Assembly: GCA_963169805.1 (NCBI GenBank)
Contig: CAUJDY010000063.1
Span: forward strand, 5,479-69,478
Reading direction: 5' to 3'
Length of the DNA: 64,000 nt
Origin: Bdellovibrionota bacterium
GTDB taxonomy: Bacteria; Bdellovibrionota; Bdellovibrionia; Bdellovibrionales; JAEYZS01
The first letter of the stretch is position 1; every line of letters begins with the position of its first letter. The translations under genes were made by a program, and so were the position numbers. The notes under the pieces were generated by a model. That model did not search any database, had not been told where the DNA came from, and was given only the letters and a program-made list of their open reading frames with translations. Shown here one piece after another: positions 35,797 through 45,198 of the stretch.

Positions 35797-36846
35797 TTAT
35801 AACCACTTTTTGCGGCGATAAAAGACAATCATTCCTGCAGCAATGACAGACATTAAAGTCAAGACAAAGAAATATCCGAATTCCCATTGGAATTCGGGTA
35901 TATTATTAAAATTCATACCATAGATTCCAACAATAAAAGTCAATGGACTAAAAATAGAAGTAAAAATTGTGAGAACTCTTAAAATCTCATTAAGTTTTCT
36001 ATTGAGAGATTGATTGTACGATTCTGTTAAGCTTCCAAGAAGTTCTTTACATGAATCCAACTGCCCCACAACCTGAATTGAATGCTCAAGTGAATCTCTG
36101 AGGTACATTTTAGTTCGAACTCCTATATCTTCGTGCTCACTTCTACAAATAGCAGACAAGGAATCTCTTAGTGGTAACGCTGCTTTTCTTAGATACAAGA
36201 GTTCGTTTTTAGCATTACGAATGATCTTCGGTAGAGTATCGTTTGTATCGATATCCAATTTTACATCTAAATCCTCAATTTTATTTTCAAACACGTTCAC
36301 TGTTTGAACATAGTTATCAACCATTGAGTCTACCAAGGCATAAAAAAGGTAATCTGCTCGAGAAGAGCGAATGCGCCCTTTACCTTGACGTATTCTTGCT
36401 TTGACAGGTTCAAATAGATCATCTGAGTTTTCATGAAATGAAATAACAAAGTTTTTACCTAAGAACAAACTGACCTGTTCATATTCTACAGTAAGCGGTT
36501 GCGCATCCATTTTGACAGACTTCAATATCATAAAAAAGAGATCATCTACCTCTTCTGCTTTTGGCTGATGATTTGTGTTTAGAACATCCTCAAGCCAAAG
36601 TCTATGAATTCCAAAAAACTTTCCAACTTCTTCAATAACTTTTGTGTCGTTCAATCCTTTAATATCAACCCACGTCACAGTATCATTTTCATCTGTATTG
36701 TCTTTACATTGCTCTATATTTTGAACTTCAATTTCTGAATAGAAAGTTTCGTTGTAATCGATGATATTGATTTTAACTTTTTCAAAGTTATCACCAATAT
36801 ATACAAGCGATCCAGGCGGCAGCCAATTTTTTTGCGTCGAATCCAC
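35797..36846 (-). CDS. corA: CorA family magnesium/cobalt transporter
   Basis: C-terminal 'IYGMNFNNIPE' (GMN motif) between two TM helices. GTG start. Confidence 0.9.
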   Translation of the reverse strand: MDSTQKNWLPPGSLVYIGDNFEKVKINIIDYNETFYSEIEVQNIEQCKDNTDENDTVTWVDIKGLNDTKVIEEVGKFFGIHRLWLEDVLNTNHQPKAEEVDDLFFMILKSVKMDAQPLTVEYEQVSLFLGKNFVISFHENSDDLFEPVKARIRQGKGRIRSSRADYLFYALVDSMVDNYVQTVNVFENKIEDLDVKLDIDTNDTLPKIIRNAKNELLYLRKAALPLRDSLSAICRSEHEDIGVRTKMYLRDSLEHSIQVVGQLDSCKELLGSLTESYNQSLNRKLNEILRVLTIFTSIFSPLTFIVGIYGMNFNNIPEFQWEFGYFFVLTLMSVIAAGMIVFYRRKKWL

Positions 36847-36922
36847 GATGTACCTCTACAGAACATACATCGGAGCTTTATCTCTATAACTCAATGAAAA
36901 GACACAACTTATGTAAATGGAA

Positions 36923-37996
36923 CTAGTCTAATGTCTGAATCAGTTTAAAAAAATCAAAAATTGCGATGACGGGGCTATGATCAGAAGCATTCGTTTTTCT
37001 CTGTGCCTTTGTTCTTGGTAGATCTTTTGGAGCTCCACGATTGTCATAGTATGGAAGAACAAATGAGTCTTTTAAAAAAGGAACCAAAACTGGTGTTAAG
37101 AGTATCCCATCAAGTTGATGATGCTCTGCTTTTCCGTTCCCAAAATAGGTATGCGTGATTTTGTCTGCAAACATATTTTCTCTGACCAAAGAAACACTAT
37201 CTGATAATTTTGCATGTCTGAAAAACCCATTAAATTCTGGAGAAAAATTATGGGCATTATTAAAGTCTCCAGCTATTAAAATAGGATGAGATAAACCATA
37301 TTTAATTTGATATCTTTGAATAATTCGGGTTGCTCTATTAGCTTGCGCTTCTCTCATAATTAAAGAGTCTTTGTCTGTGTTGTAAGTACCATCTCCCTGA
37401 CTAATCACACGAGGTCTCATTGATTTTAAATGAGCTCCCATCACTGTTAATATTGGGATTTGGTCATATTTAGGATCATACACTTGTAATGTTGGAAGGT
37501 CTCTTGGGAAGACTTCTTTTACAACCTGATCCATTGGATCTAGCCACATCTCACTGAGATGAGATTCAATCTGAAATTTAAAGGGCAATGTTTTCCTAAC
37601 AAAAAAAACAACGTAGAGGCCACGTTTATCTTTTGTAGCTGTCGAATAAATATTAAATTCTTCATTCAAAAATTCTTTATTAAATAGTCTCGCAGATCCC
37701 AAACTTTCTACTTCTTGAGCAATCATAATATCAAACGGATGTCGAGCAAAAGTCTCTGCCATTTGCTCCAATGCCCATCTTGGTTTTTGTGTCATTTGAA
37801 TGGTATCGTTCTTTCGTATGTCCCCTAAATGTAAGTAAAGGTTGAGCATGTTGTACGTAACGATTCGAAGTTCTTTGATACTTTCGACGGCCTGAGAATA
37901 TTTGCGGACTGGAGCTACGAAATACTTATAGCACCCTTGCCCATAAGAAGCGGAACATAAAACAACAAATAGAAGAAACAATCCCCTCAACATCAA
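36923..37996 (-). CDS. secreted endonuclease/exonuclease/phosphatase (EEP) family protein
   Basis: Signal peptide. 'IVTYNMLN', 'IAGDFN' and the C-terminal 'SDHSPVIAIF' are EEP catalytic motifs. Confidence 0.8.
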   Translation of the reverse strand: MMLRGLFLLFVVLCSASYGQGCYKYFVAPVRKYSQAVESIKELRIVTYNMLNLYLHLGDIRKNDTIQMTQKPRWALEQMAETFARHPFDIMIAQEVESLGSARLFNKEFLNEEFNIYSTATKDKRGLYVVFFVRKTLPFKFQIESHLSEMWLDPMDQVVKEVFPRDLPTLQVYDPKYDQIPILTVMGAHLKSMRPRVISQGDGTYNTDKDSLIMREAQANRATRIIQRYQIKYGLSHPILIAGDFNNAHNFSPEFNGFFRHAKLSDSVSLVRENMFADKITHTYFGNGKAEHHQLDGILLTPVLVPFLKDSFVLPYYDNRGAPKDLPRTKAQRKTNASDHSPVIAIFDFFKLIQTLD

Positions 37997-38152
37997 GCCC
38001 CCCTTGAATGATAAAGAGGGTAACGAAAGCTTATATACTTAGCTAGAGGTAGGAAAAAGCACCTTAATGTGATGAAAAAAGTCACTATTTGAGTCCTAAA
38101 AATAGGCACCATAAATTGTATTTATTGTAAATAATAAGAGCTAACAGAAATA

Positions 38153-39979
38153 TTACTTGAGACTTTGCTCAGAAAAATCACTGGAAGACTTGAAGTACGT
38201 GGGTACTTCTGTTGTTCCGTATGGAATCACCCCTTTTTCAGTAACAGGAGTAACATGTGTATTTAGCCAACGAGTCACGACATCGGCTTCGTAGTCCGTA
38301 GATGCTGATTCTATGTTTATATTTGAAAAGGTTTTCAAATCAATATCAAATTCACGACTTGTATAACAGAATACGTTATCAGCAAATCTATAATCAGATT
38401 TACGGCACGTGAATCGTCCTTGAGCGTCTCTTTTATTTTTATCTAGATATGTGACTCGTAACTTTGTTTTATTCCATTCTTTTTCATAGAGCCATTCGTA
38501 TTGAGCAAATACAAGCATCGACGATTTTTTAGGAGCCTTGATATACTGAAGTTTTGCGACATGCGTAGCTTGATTGATCTTGAATGCAGAGTGTTTAAGT
38601 ATAAATTCTCTTAGCAAAGTTGATAATGTTGGCCAACCATTGGCAACATTAAACGCACAGTGGCTTCCATTTTGAAGAGCAATCAAACCAATATGAGAAT
38701 CATGATTCTTAATTTTATTAAAAAGTAGATCGGAATTTTGCTCTGAACGTACAATAAAATCATCTTTGGCATGCACCACCAAAGTGGGTGTTTTGACATG
38801 ATCTGTATATGTTGTAAAATTATTAAAATCCCAGAATTCTCTTTCGCTTTGGATTCTAACACCTTCAAAAGGTTGATAATCCCAAGGAGTTTTTTGCATT
38901 TTTCTGCTGTAGCTACGTATAGCCCCCTCTTTCACTGCATTTGTAATTTGAGATTGAGACCAATCGTCATCTTCTTGAAGTAGCTCACCTAAGACGGGTA
39001 CATATTTAAATACATTTTTGAGTAAGTTGTATGTAATAAAGGAATAGATTTTTCCCAGAGGGGTTTCTGCAAAAACATTATTGAGCGCATTCTCTAGATT
39101 AACAACAGGGCAAAGAGCCATAACGCTTTTGACGTTGTTTTCGCTAAGATAAGAATTATAGACACCGGAGAATAAAGCTCCATTTCCACCTAAGCTCACA
39201 CCAAGGATATGAATATCTTCAATATAGGATTTATATACGGAATTTTTATCTGTGAGCTGTTTTATGATTTCATGAAACTGTCGTCCCTCATCAAAACCAC
39301 CCATCGCAAGAAGACCATTGTCTTTAATGAATTGCTCCCCAGTAACATTGCCTAAAAAGAGAATGTGGAAGGGACTTTCATCAAATAACTGCATAATTAG
39401 ATTTTTGGATACAGCAGATTCAGCAGCATTTCCATAAACTCCATTACGAATAATCACAAGTGGTCGCTTTTTTTCATCTTTCAACCCTAGAATACCTCGC
39501 ACTTTCAGCTTGTCGTCATCATATTCAAAAACAATATTTTGTAACTTGGCATTACTTTTTAAAGGATAGTTAACTAGAGAATAGTTTAGTAAGCTAACGA
39601 GTGGATTTGTATTAAATCGAGAAAGCTCAGAACTGCAATTGAACATCCAATTTTGAAGAACTTGAGCGAGGTCTGATGTTTTTTCATAAGGTTGGCGCAC
39701 TAAAGACTCGAGACGTGAATAGTGACACTCTGAGCGAATGTAGGATGTGTACGCCCCACTTGTATTATATCCAGAATTAAACACAGACTTAATTTCCGAC
39801 ATCTGCGGCTGGTCTTGGATTATTTTAAATTGAATAGGATCAAAAATATAATCTTCTTTAAAAAACTCAGCTTTAAGGTCACGCGCCTTGAGAAAATCTC
39901 CAGTTATGGGATTAACAATTTGCTCTGCTTGTAATTGAATACAAGCCGTTAACAAAATTGCTAGTAACAAAAACCTCAT
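38153..39979 (-). CDS. alpha/beta-hydrolase-fold lipoprotein (unknown substrate)
   Basis: Lipobox 'LLTAC', nucleophile elbow 'GVSLGGNGA' (GxSxG), and a downstream 'HAKDDFIV' / 'GSHCAF' Asp/His region. Confidence 0.6.
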   Translation of the reverse strand: MRFLLLAILLTACIQLQAEQIVNPITGDFLKARDLKAEFFKEDYIFDPIQFKIIQDQPQMSEIKSVFNSGYNTSGAYTSYIRSECHYSRLESLVRQPYEKTSDLAQVLQNWMFNCSSELSRFNTNPLVSLLNYSLVNYPLKSNAKLQNIVFEYDDDKLKVRGILGLKDEKKRPLVIIRNGVYGNAAESAVSKNLIMQLFDESPFHILFLGNVTGEQFIKDNGLLAMGGFDEGRQFHEIIKQLTDKNSVYKSYIEDIHILGVSLGGNGALFSGVYNSYLSENNVKSVMALCPVVNLENALNNVFAETPLGKIYSFITYNLLKNVFKYVPVLGELLQEDDDWSQSQITNAVKEGAIRSYSRKMQKTPWDYQPFEGVRIQSEREFWDFNNFTTYTDHVKTPTLVVHAKDDFIVRSEQNSDLLFNKIKNHDSHIGLIALQNGSHCAFNVANGWPTLSTLLREFILKHSAFKINQATHVAKLQYIKAPKKSSMLVFAQYEWLYEKEWNKTKLRVTYLDKNKRDAQGRFTCRKSDYRFADNVFCYTSREFDIDLKTFSNINIESASTDYEADVVTRWLNTHVTPVTEKGVIPYGTTEVPTYFKSSSDFSEQSLK

Positions 39980-40084
39980 AAGCCAACTCCCCCAAACACG
40001 CAGCTTCTCTGCAATGTGGCTAATGATTTTTCGGAGTTAACTCATAAAAGTTAAAGTAGAACTTCAACAGACCTAAGACCATAA

Positions 40085-40226
40085 AAGGTACCAGGTCGCT
40101 TTTCCGAATCATCCGGGTTATTTTTGATTTGGATTGTAATTATGCTAGATAGATAAACTTGCGTGAAATTATTTCTACTCAGATTAAAATAAGCATGGAT
40201 GATTCGGAAAAGCGACCTGGTACCTT
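40085..40226. repeat. REP doublet (REPIN-like): perfect 30-bp inverted repeats around an 82-bp spacer
   Basis: 40085..40114 aaggtaccaggtcgcttttccgaatcatcc is the exact reverse complement of 40197..40226. The left copy continues ...gggttatttttgatttgg and is about 88% identical over about 49 nt to the repeats flanking the RAYT gene at 51275/52126. Confidence 0.8.
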
Positions 40227-41220
40227 AGACACCGGTAGAGGTCTTGACTCGCTCCAAGACATGCTTTGCCTTTTGTCGCGCTTTCTCTGCTCCCTCCGCA
40301 AGAATTTGATCTAACTCTGTGGGGTTTTGTATTAAGGCATTGTACTTATCACGCAGAGGCGTTAGCACCTTATCCATACTTTCAAAAAGTGCTTGCTTTG
40401 CATCGCCCCATCCAATTCCTGTTTCAAATCTTTTTGCTAAAGTGGCTATTTCATCTTGAGATGCAAACTCTTTATATAATTGAAAAATAACCGAGCCCTC
40501 TGTTTGCTTTGGAGCTTCTGGTGGCAACGAATCTGTTTTAATTTTCATAACTAATTTTCGTAAGGATTTACTCTCCGCAAATAACGGAATTGTATTATCA
40601 TAACTTTTACTCATTTTTTGTCCATCAAGACCAGGGATAACTTTTGAATCCTTTTGAACTACGGCTTGAGGAATTTTTAGAACTTGAGATTTATAGGTAT
40701 GATTAATTTTTTGAGCAATGTCTCGAGCTATTTCTAAGTGCTGAATCTGATCTTCACCCACAGGAACAAAATCCGTATCAAAACTCAAAATATCACTCGC
40801 CATCAATATTGGGTACTGATACAGCCCCATATTAACACCAAAATCAAGATCCTGCTTACCTTCTTGTTCATTGAGTTGAACTTTTGCTTTATAAGCATGA
40901 GCACGATTCATTAACCCCTTTGGACAATAACAGGAAAGCACCCAAGCAATCTCAAATATTTCTGGAACATCAGACTGTCGATAAATGATTGTTTTTTGAG
41001 GATCAAGTCCGCAAGCAATCCAAGCCGCTGTGACGTGGTAAGTATTATCGCGCAGCTCTTTGGCATCTTGAATTGTGGTTAGAGCGTGATAATTTGCAAT
41101 AAAAAATAGAGATTCATGTTCTGCTTGTGCCATATGCAAGGCTGGACGAATGGCCCCAATGTAATTTCCTATATGAACATTTCCAGTAGGCTTAACCCCT
41201 GTTAATACTGTCTTTTTCAT
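40225..41220 (-). CDS. trpS: tryptophan--tRNA ligase
   Basis: HIGH-type 'GNVHIGNYIG' and 'KMSKS'. 331 aa. Confidence 0.95.
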   Translation of the reverse strand: MKKTVLTGVKPTGNVHIGNYIGAIRPALHMAQAEHESLFFIANYHALTTIQDAKELRDNTYHVTAAWIACGLDPQKTIIYRQSDVPEIFEIAWVLSCYCPKGLMNRAHAYKAKVQLNEQEGKQDLDFGVNMGLYQYPILMASDILSFDTDFVPVGEDQIQHLEIARDIAQKINHTYKSQVLKIPQAVVQKDSKVIPGLDGQKMSKSYDNTIPLFAESKSLRKLVMKIKTDSLPPEAPKQTEGSVIFQLYKEFASQDEIATLAKRFETGIGWGDAKQALFESMDKVLTPLRDKYNALIQNPTELDQILAEGAEKARQKAKHVLERVKTSTGV

Positions 41221-41328
41221 AGCACCTCTAGCAGCAATTGGACTGAAACAACGATTCTGCCACCAATATTGCTTAAAATACCCCTCATGACAACCCTAAA
41301 TAGGCTGAGATTTTAAACCGATAAGCTG

Positions 41329-42303
41329 GTGATGAAACATATCGAAATGGTTCCGGTCGCAGTTGAGCTTTTTTTCACGGGTTTAAAAACCGAGATGGAT
41401 ATTTTTATTCAACTTTCGGATCAAAAATATGTTTTGATTAATAAAGCTGGGCAACCCTTTGATTTGGAACGCCTAAAACGATATAAAAATAAAAAAATCA
41501 CCCACCTACATATCCGTAAAGATGACTATCATATTTTTGCTATGAAGCAAATTTCTATAGCTGGTATTGTTGTTCAAAATGAAAAATTCCCTAACGACAA
41601 AAAAACAGAAGTTCTTTCAAAAATTGCAGAAAGTGTTTACAAAGCTATAGAAACTCTGGGGCTCGATGTGACAAGCTTTGAAGCAGCAAAAAACCTCACC
41701 CAACACGTCATTAATTTGGTAGAAAGTGATGCTAGCTTGAGCAAACTCTTTGAAGCTTTAGCACGCTCTTCGGAAATCACGCTCAAACACTCGATTGCAG
41801 TAGGATTTATTGCACCAATGATTGGTCGAAACCTCTCTTGGTCTCGTACAGAGACTCTTGAAAAACTCTCCCTGGGTGGGCTGCTACATGATATTGGAGA
41901 AAAAGAACTACGCCCCGATATTCTTGAAAAATCACGCGCGGACATGTCGTACGAGGAACTCAAAGAATATGAAAGTCATCCTTATAGAGGAATGATGATC
42001 CTTTCCTCTTTGAAGTTTATTCCGGAAGATATTATTTCTATTGTTTATGAACACCATGAAAACTCCATGGGTCATGGGTTTCCGCGCAAACTGTGGGATA
42101 TGAAGATCCACCCTCTTGCACGAGTTGTGATTCTTGCAAATACATTTTCAGAACTCACTTTAAGCCAATTTGATAGCGTTCCAAGTATGACTCCACAAGC
42201 AGCAATTGAGCACATAGAAAGAGTCATGGGACAGCCTTTTAATAAGGAAGTATTCAACGCTCTTAAAAAAATCCTTAAGCCCGTCCAAAGAAAAGCAAGC
42301 TAA
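41329..42303 (+). CDS. HD-GYP-type (HD superfamily) phosphohydrolase domain protein
   Basis: 'LLHDIGEKEL' and 'HHENSMGHGFPRKL' (a variant of HHExxDGSGYP). Confidence 0.7.
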   Translation: MMKHIEMVPVAVELFFTGLKTEMDIFIQLSDQKYVLINKAGQPFDLERLKRYKNKKITHLHIRKDDYHIFAMKQISIAGIVVQNEKFPNDKKTEVLSKIAESVYKAIETLGLDVTSFEAAKNLTQHVINLVESDASLSKLFEALARSSEITLKHSIAVGFIAPMIGRNLSWSRTETLEKLSLGGLLHDIGEKELRPDILEKSRADMSYEELKEYESHPYRGMMILSSLKFIPEDIISIVYEHHENSMGHGFPRKLWDMKIHPLARVVILANTFSELTLSQFDSVPSMTPQAAIEHIERVMGQPFNKEVFNALKKILKPVQRKAS

Positions 42304-42343
42304 TATTTTCAATTATTATGATACAATAAAAGAATCTCTGCCC

Positions 42344-43276
42344 TTGAGCGACTCTTGCAGATATCCTGAGTTTTTGGAAAGGCCTCCCTTGCAGAAACTC
42401 AAAACTTCATCACTACCAGAAGAAAAAAAGGGATTTTTAACCGCAATCGCATGCTATGTGATTTGGGGATCTGTTCCGATTTATTGGAAACAGATACAGC
42501 ATATTCCTGCGCTTGAGCTTATTTCTCACCGAATCATCTGGTCCTCTCTTTTTTGTATTGGATTAACTCTCATATTAAGAAATCAGCGTAAGGTCTTTGA
42601 AACTCTTAAAAAATCTTTTTGGACTTTAGTTCTCACAACACTTTTAGTTTCAACAAATTGGCTCGTATTTGTTTGGGCAGTGAACGAAAACAGAATTATT
42701 GAAACAAGCCTTGGTTATTACATGAACCCAATCCTCAACGTTGTCTTTGGAGCCTTTCTTCTTAAGGAAAAACTGACCAAACTCCAAATTGGGTCTACAC
42801 TACTTGCTGGGCTTGGCGTTTCCTACCTGCTCCTGACCGCAGGATTTTTTCCCTGGGTGTCACTGACCCTCGCCATCACCTTTGCTCTTTATGGATTGAT
42901 ACGTAAAGTTGCTCCTGTAGATCCCCTTGCAGGCCTCACGCTAGAAGCAACGCTCATGATTCCTTTGGCTCTGATTTATACCTACACCTCCTACACATCA
43001 GGGACCACAAACTTTGGAAATAGCTCATTTGAAACATTAATGATGATAGGCGGAGGAATCGTAACACTTGGGCCACTTCTGCTCTTTCTTTACAGTATCA
43101 AAAGAGTCCACTTATCTACTATGGGTTTTTTACAATTTATAACGCCCACGACGACTTTTCTTTTGGCTCTTTTCCATTACAAGGAACCCTTAAGCTCCGA
43201 TAAATTAATCACATTTGGATTTATTTGGTTTGCAGTCATTTTATATTTATCAGACCTGAAACTCAAATCGCGCTAA
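42344..43276 (+). CDS. rarD: RarD/EamA family (DMT superfamily) transporter
   Basis: 10 TM helices. 'KKGFLTAIACYVIWGSVPIYWK' matches the RarD N-terminal signature. TTG start. Confidence 0.75.
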   Translation: MSDSCRYPEFLERPPLQKLKTSSLPEEKKGFLTAIACYVIWGSVPIYWKQIQHIPALELISHRIIWSSLFCIGLTLILRNQRKVFETLKKSFWTLVLTTLLVSTNWLVFVWAVNENRIIETSLGYYMNPILNVVFGAFLLKEKLTKLQIGSTLLAGLGVSYLLLTAGFFPWVSLTLAITFALYGLIRKVAPVDPLAGLTLEATLMIPLALIYTYTSYTSGTTNFGNSSFETLMMIGGGIVTLGPLLLFLYSIKRVHLSTMGFLQFITPTTTFLLALFHYKEPLSSDKLITFGFIWFAVILYLSDLKLKSR

Positions 43277-43323
43277 ACTGAAAACTCCGGTGACAAACAG
43301 GCAAAAACTGCTAGTATATTGCC

Positions 43324-44043
43324 ATGTCTGATATTTTAATTGCGAGTATTCTTATCTTTTTATCAACATTTATACCTTCCTTGATTCCTCTCATTTTGGA
43401 TAAAAAATCTGTACAAATTCAGCTGCTAATGAGTTTTGTAAGCGGAGTCCTTATCGCAGTGACCTTTTATCATCTCATCCCCCTAAGCGTTCAACTTCAG
43501 AAAGAAAATTTGGGCTACTATATTTTGCTAGGTTTTTTAATATTTTACATTCTCGAACGATTTATTATTGTTCATCCATGCCAAGAACATGGCTGCGTTT
43601 CTCACCACATAGGTATTGGAGCACTCATAGGCTTATCGCTCCACTGCCTACTTACTGGGTTCTCTTTAGGCATTGCGATTGATGGAACTAAATTTGCAGG
43701 AACCTCTCTGTCTCCCCTGCTTTTTGCAATTTGCGTCCACAAAATCCCCGAGAGTTTTTCTCTATCCACCTTACTTGTTCAATCTAAGATCTCCACACAA
43801 CGAGTCTTCATCTACTTACTCATATATTGCTTTATGACACCTCTTGGTATCTATCTTTCAAAAGAGAGCCTCATCAACTTTGGCTTAAATCAATCTTTGT
43901 ACAGCCTGTTTGCAATATCCACAGGAACTTTTATCTATATTGCCACAAGCGATCTACTCCCGCAGATACATCGACGCGGACGAGAAAGATTTGTGCACTT
44001 ATTTGCATTTTTGACTGGCGTTATATTAATACTCGCGATTTAA
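43324..44043 (+). CDS. ZIP family divalent metal (zinc) transporter
   Basis: 8 TM helices. 'HKIPESFSL' and 'HCLLTGFSLG' are ZIP metal-site motifs. Confidence 0.8.
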   Translation: MSDILIASILIFLSTFIPSLIPLILDKKSVQIQLLMSFVSGVLIAVTFYHLIPLSVQLQKENLGYYILLGFLIFYILERFIIVHPCQEHGCVSHHIGIGALIGLSLHCLLTGFSLGIAIDGTKFAGTSLSPLLFAICVHKIPESFSLSTLLVQSKISTQRVFIYLLIYCFMTPLGIYLSKESLINFGLNQSLYSLFAISTGTFIYIATSDLLPQIHRRGRERFVHLFAFLTGVILILAI

Positions 44044-44081
44044 TACAGAAATAATGCAAGCTCTAATCAACGGAGATTTTC

Positions 44082-44885
44082 ATGAAAATCGATCTTATTT
44101 TTGAAAAACTTTGGAAGCAGTATACACAACTTAACCCTCAAGCTGAAAAAATCCACGCACTCCTAAAAGCAAGAGGTGAAACCGTTTTAAACGATCATGT
44201 TGCCTTTAGAACTTACAATCTTGCAGAGGTTGGAATTGAGAAGCTTGCAAAAGTATTTAAAAAAAATGGGTACATCCCAAAAGGAGAATACCATTTTGAA
44301 GAAAAGAAACTCTACGCTATCCATATGGAGCATGAAAACAAAATTCTACCCAAAGTCTTTATTAGCGAACTACTTGTAAATAAGTTTTCAAATGAAGCTC
44401 AAAAAATAATAAAAGATCTCGTTCAACAAGTTTCGAAATCTCAAATTGAGCAAGATGATTTTTGTATGTCCGGCCGCCTGTGGAAAACGACACATAAAAC
44501 CTATGAATCCCTTTTGAAAGAGAGCGAGTATGCAGCTTGGATGAGTGCTTTTGGATTTTGTGCCAATCATTTTACAGTTAATGTGAACAACCTTAAAACC
44601 TTCCCTACCCTTGCAGACTTAAATTCTTTTTTAAAGCAAAACGGATTCCCGCTCAATGCAAGTGGTGGCGAAATCAAAGGTTCAAAGGATGTCTTTCTTG
44701 AGCAATCCTCTACACTCGCAGGCAAGACAGCCGTCTCATTTGAAGATGGAACCTTTGAAATACCAACTTGCTATTATGAATTTGCAAAAAGGTACCCGCT
44801 CGCCAATGGAGAACTCTACCAAGGATTTGTAGAAAAATCTGCCGATAAGATTTTTGAAAGTACAGATAGAAAACTTCAAATGTAG
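44082..44885 (+). CDS. DUF1338 / HglS-YdcJ-like 2-oxoadipate dioxygenase-decarboxylase family protein
   Basis: 'NDHVAFRTYN' and 'FCANHFTVNVN' resemble the metal-binding His motifs of the family. Confidence 0.6.
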   Translation: MKIDLIFEKLWKQYTQLNPQAEKIHALLKARGETVLNDHVAFRTYNLAEVGIEKLAKVFKKNGYIPKGEYHFEEKKLYAIHMEHENKILPKVFISELLVNKFSNEAQKIIKDLVQQVSKSQIEQDDFCMSGRLWKTTHKTYESLLKESEYAAWMSAFGFCANHFTVNVNNLKTFPTLADLNSFLKQNGFPLNASGGEIKGSKDVFLEQSSTLAGKTAVSFEDGTFEIPTCYYEFAKRYPLANGELYQGFVEKSADKIFESTDRKLQM

Positions 44886-45198
44886 TTTTCGTAGACACTT
44901 CCAAAAACTTAGGCTCCAGGTCCTGTAAAGGAATCATACACTTTTTTGAAACAGGCGCCCCTAAGATCTATGTCAGGTATTAAAAAATTAAATAGATTCA
45001 GATATTCGTAAAGTTTCCCTAGACCTCTGTCGAGAGATTGTTAATGATCTGAGCAAAAACTTCCAGAATAAATGTTCAGAAAACTAACCAGAATTTAGTC
45101 AGTTACAAAAGTTTAAGCACTTCAATTTAATTTCCTAGAATATAACCCGCCCAAACCTTGGCACAGTCTATGCCTTATAGTCCCTTGAGGAGACTTGT

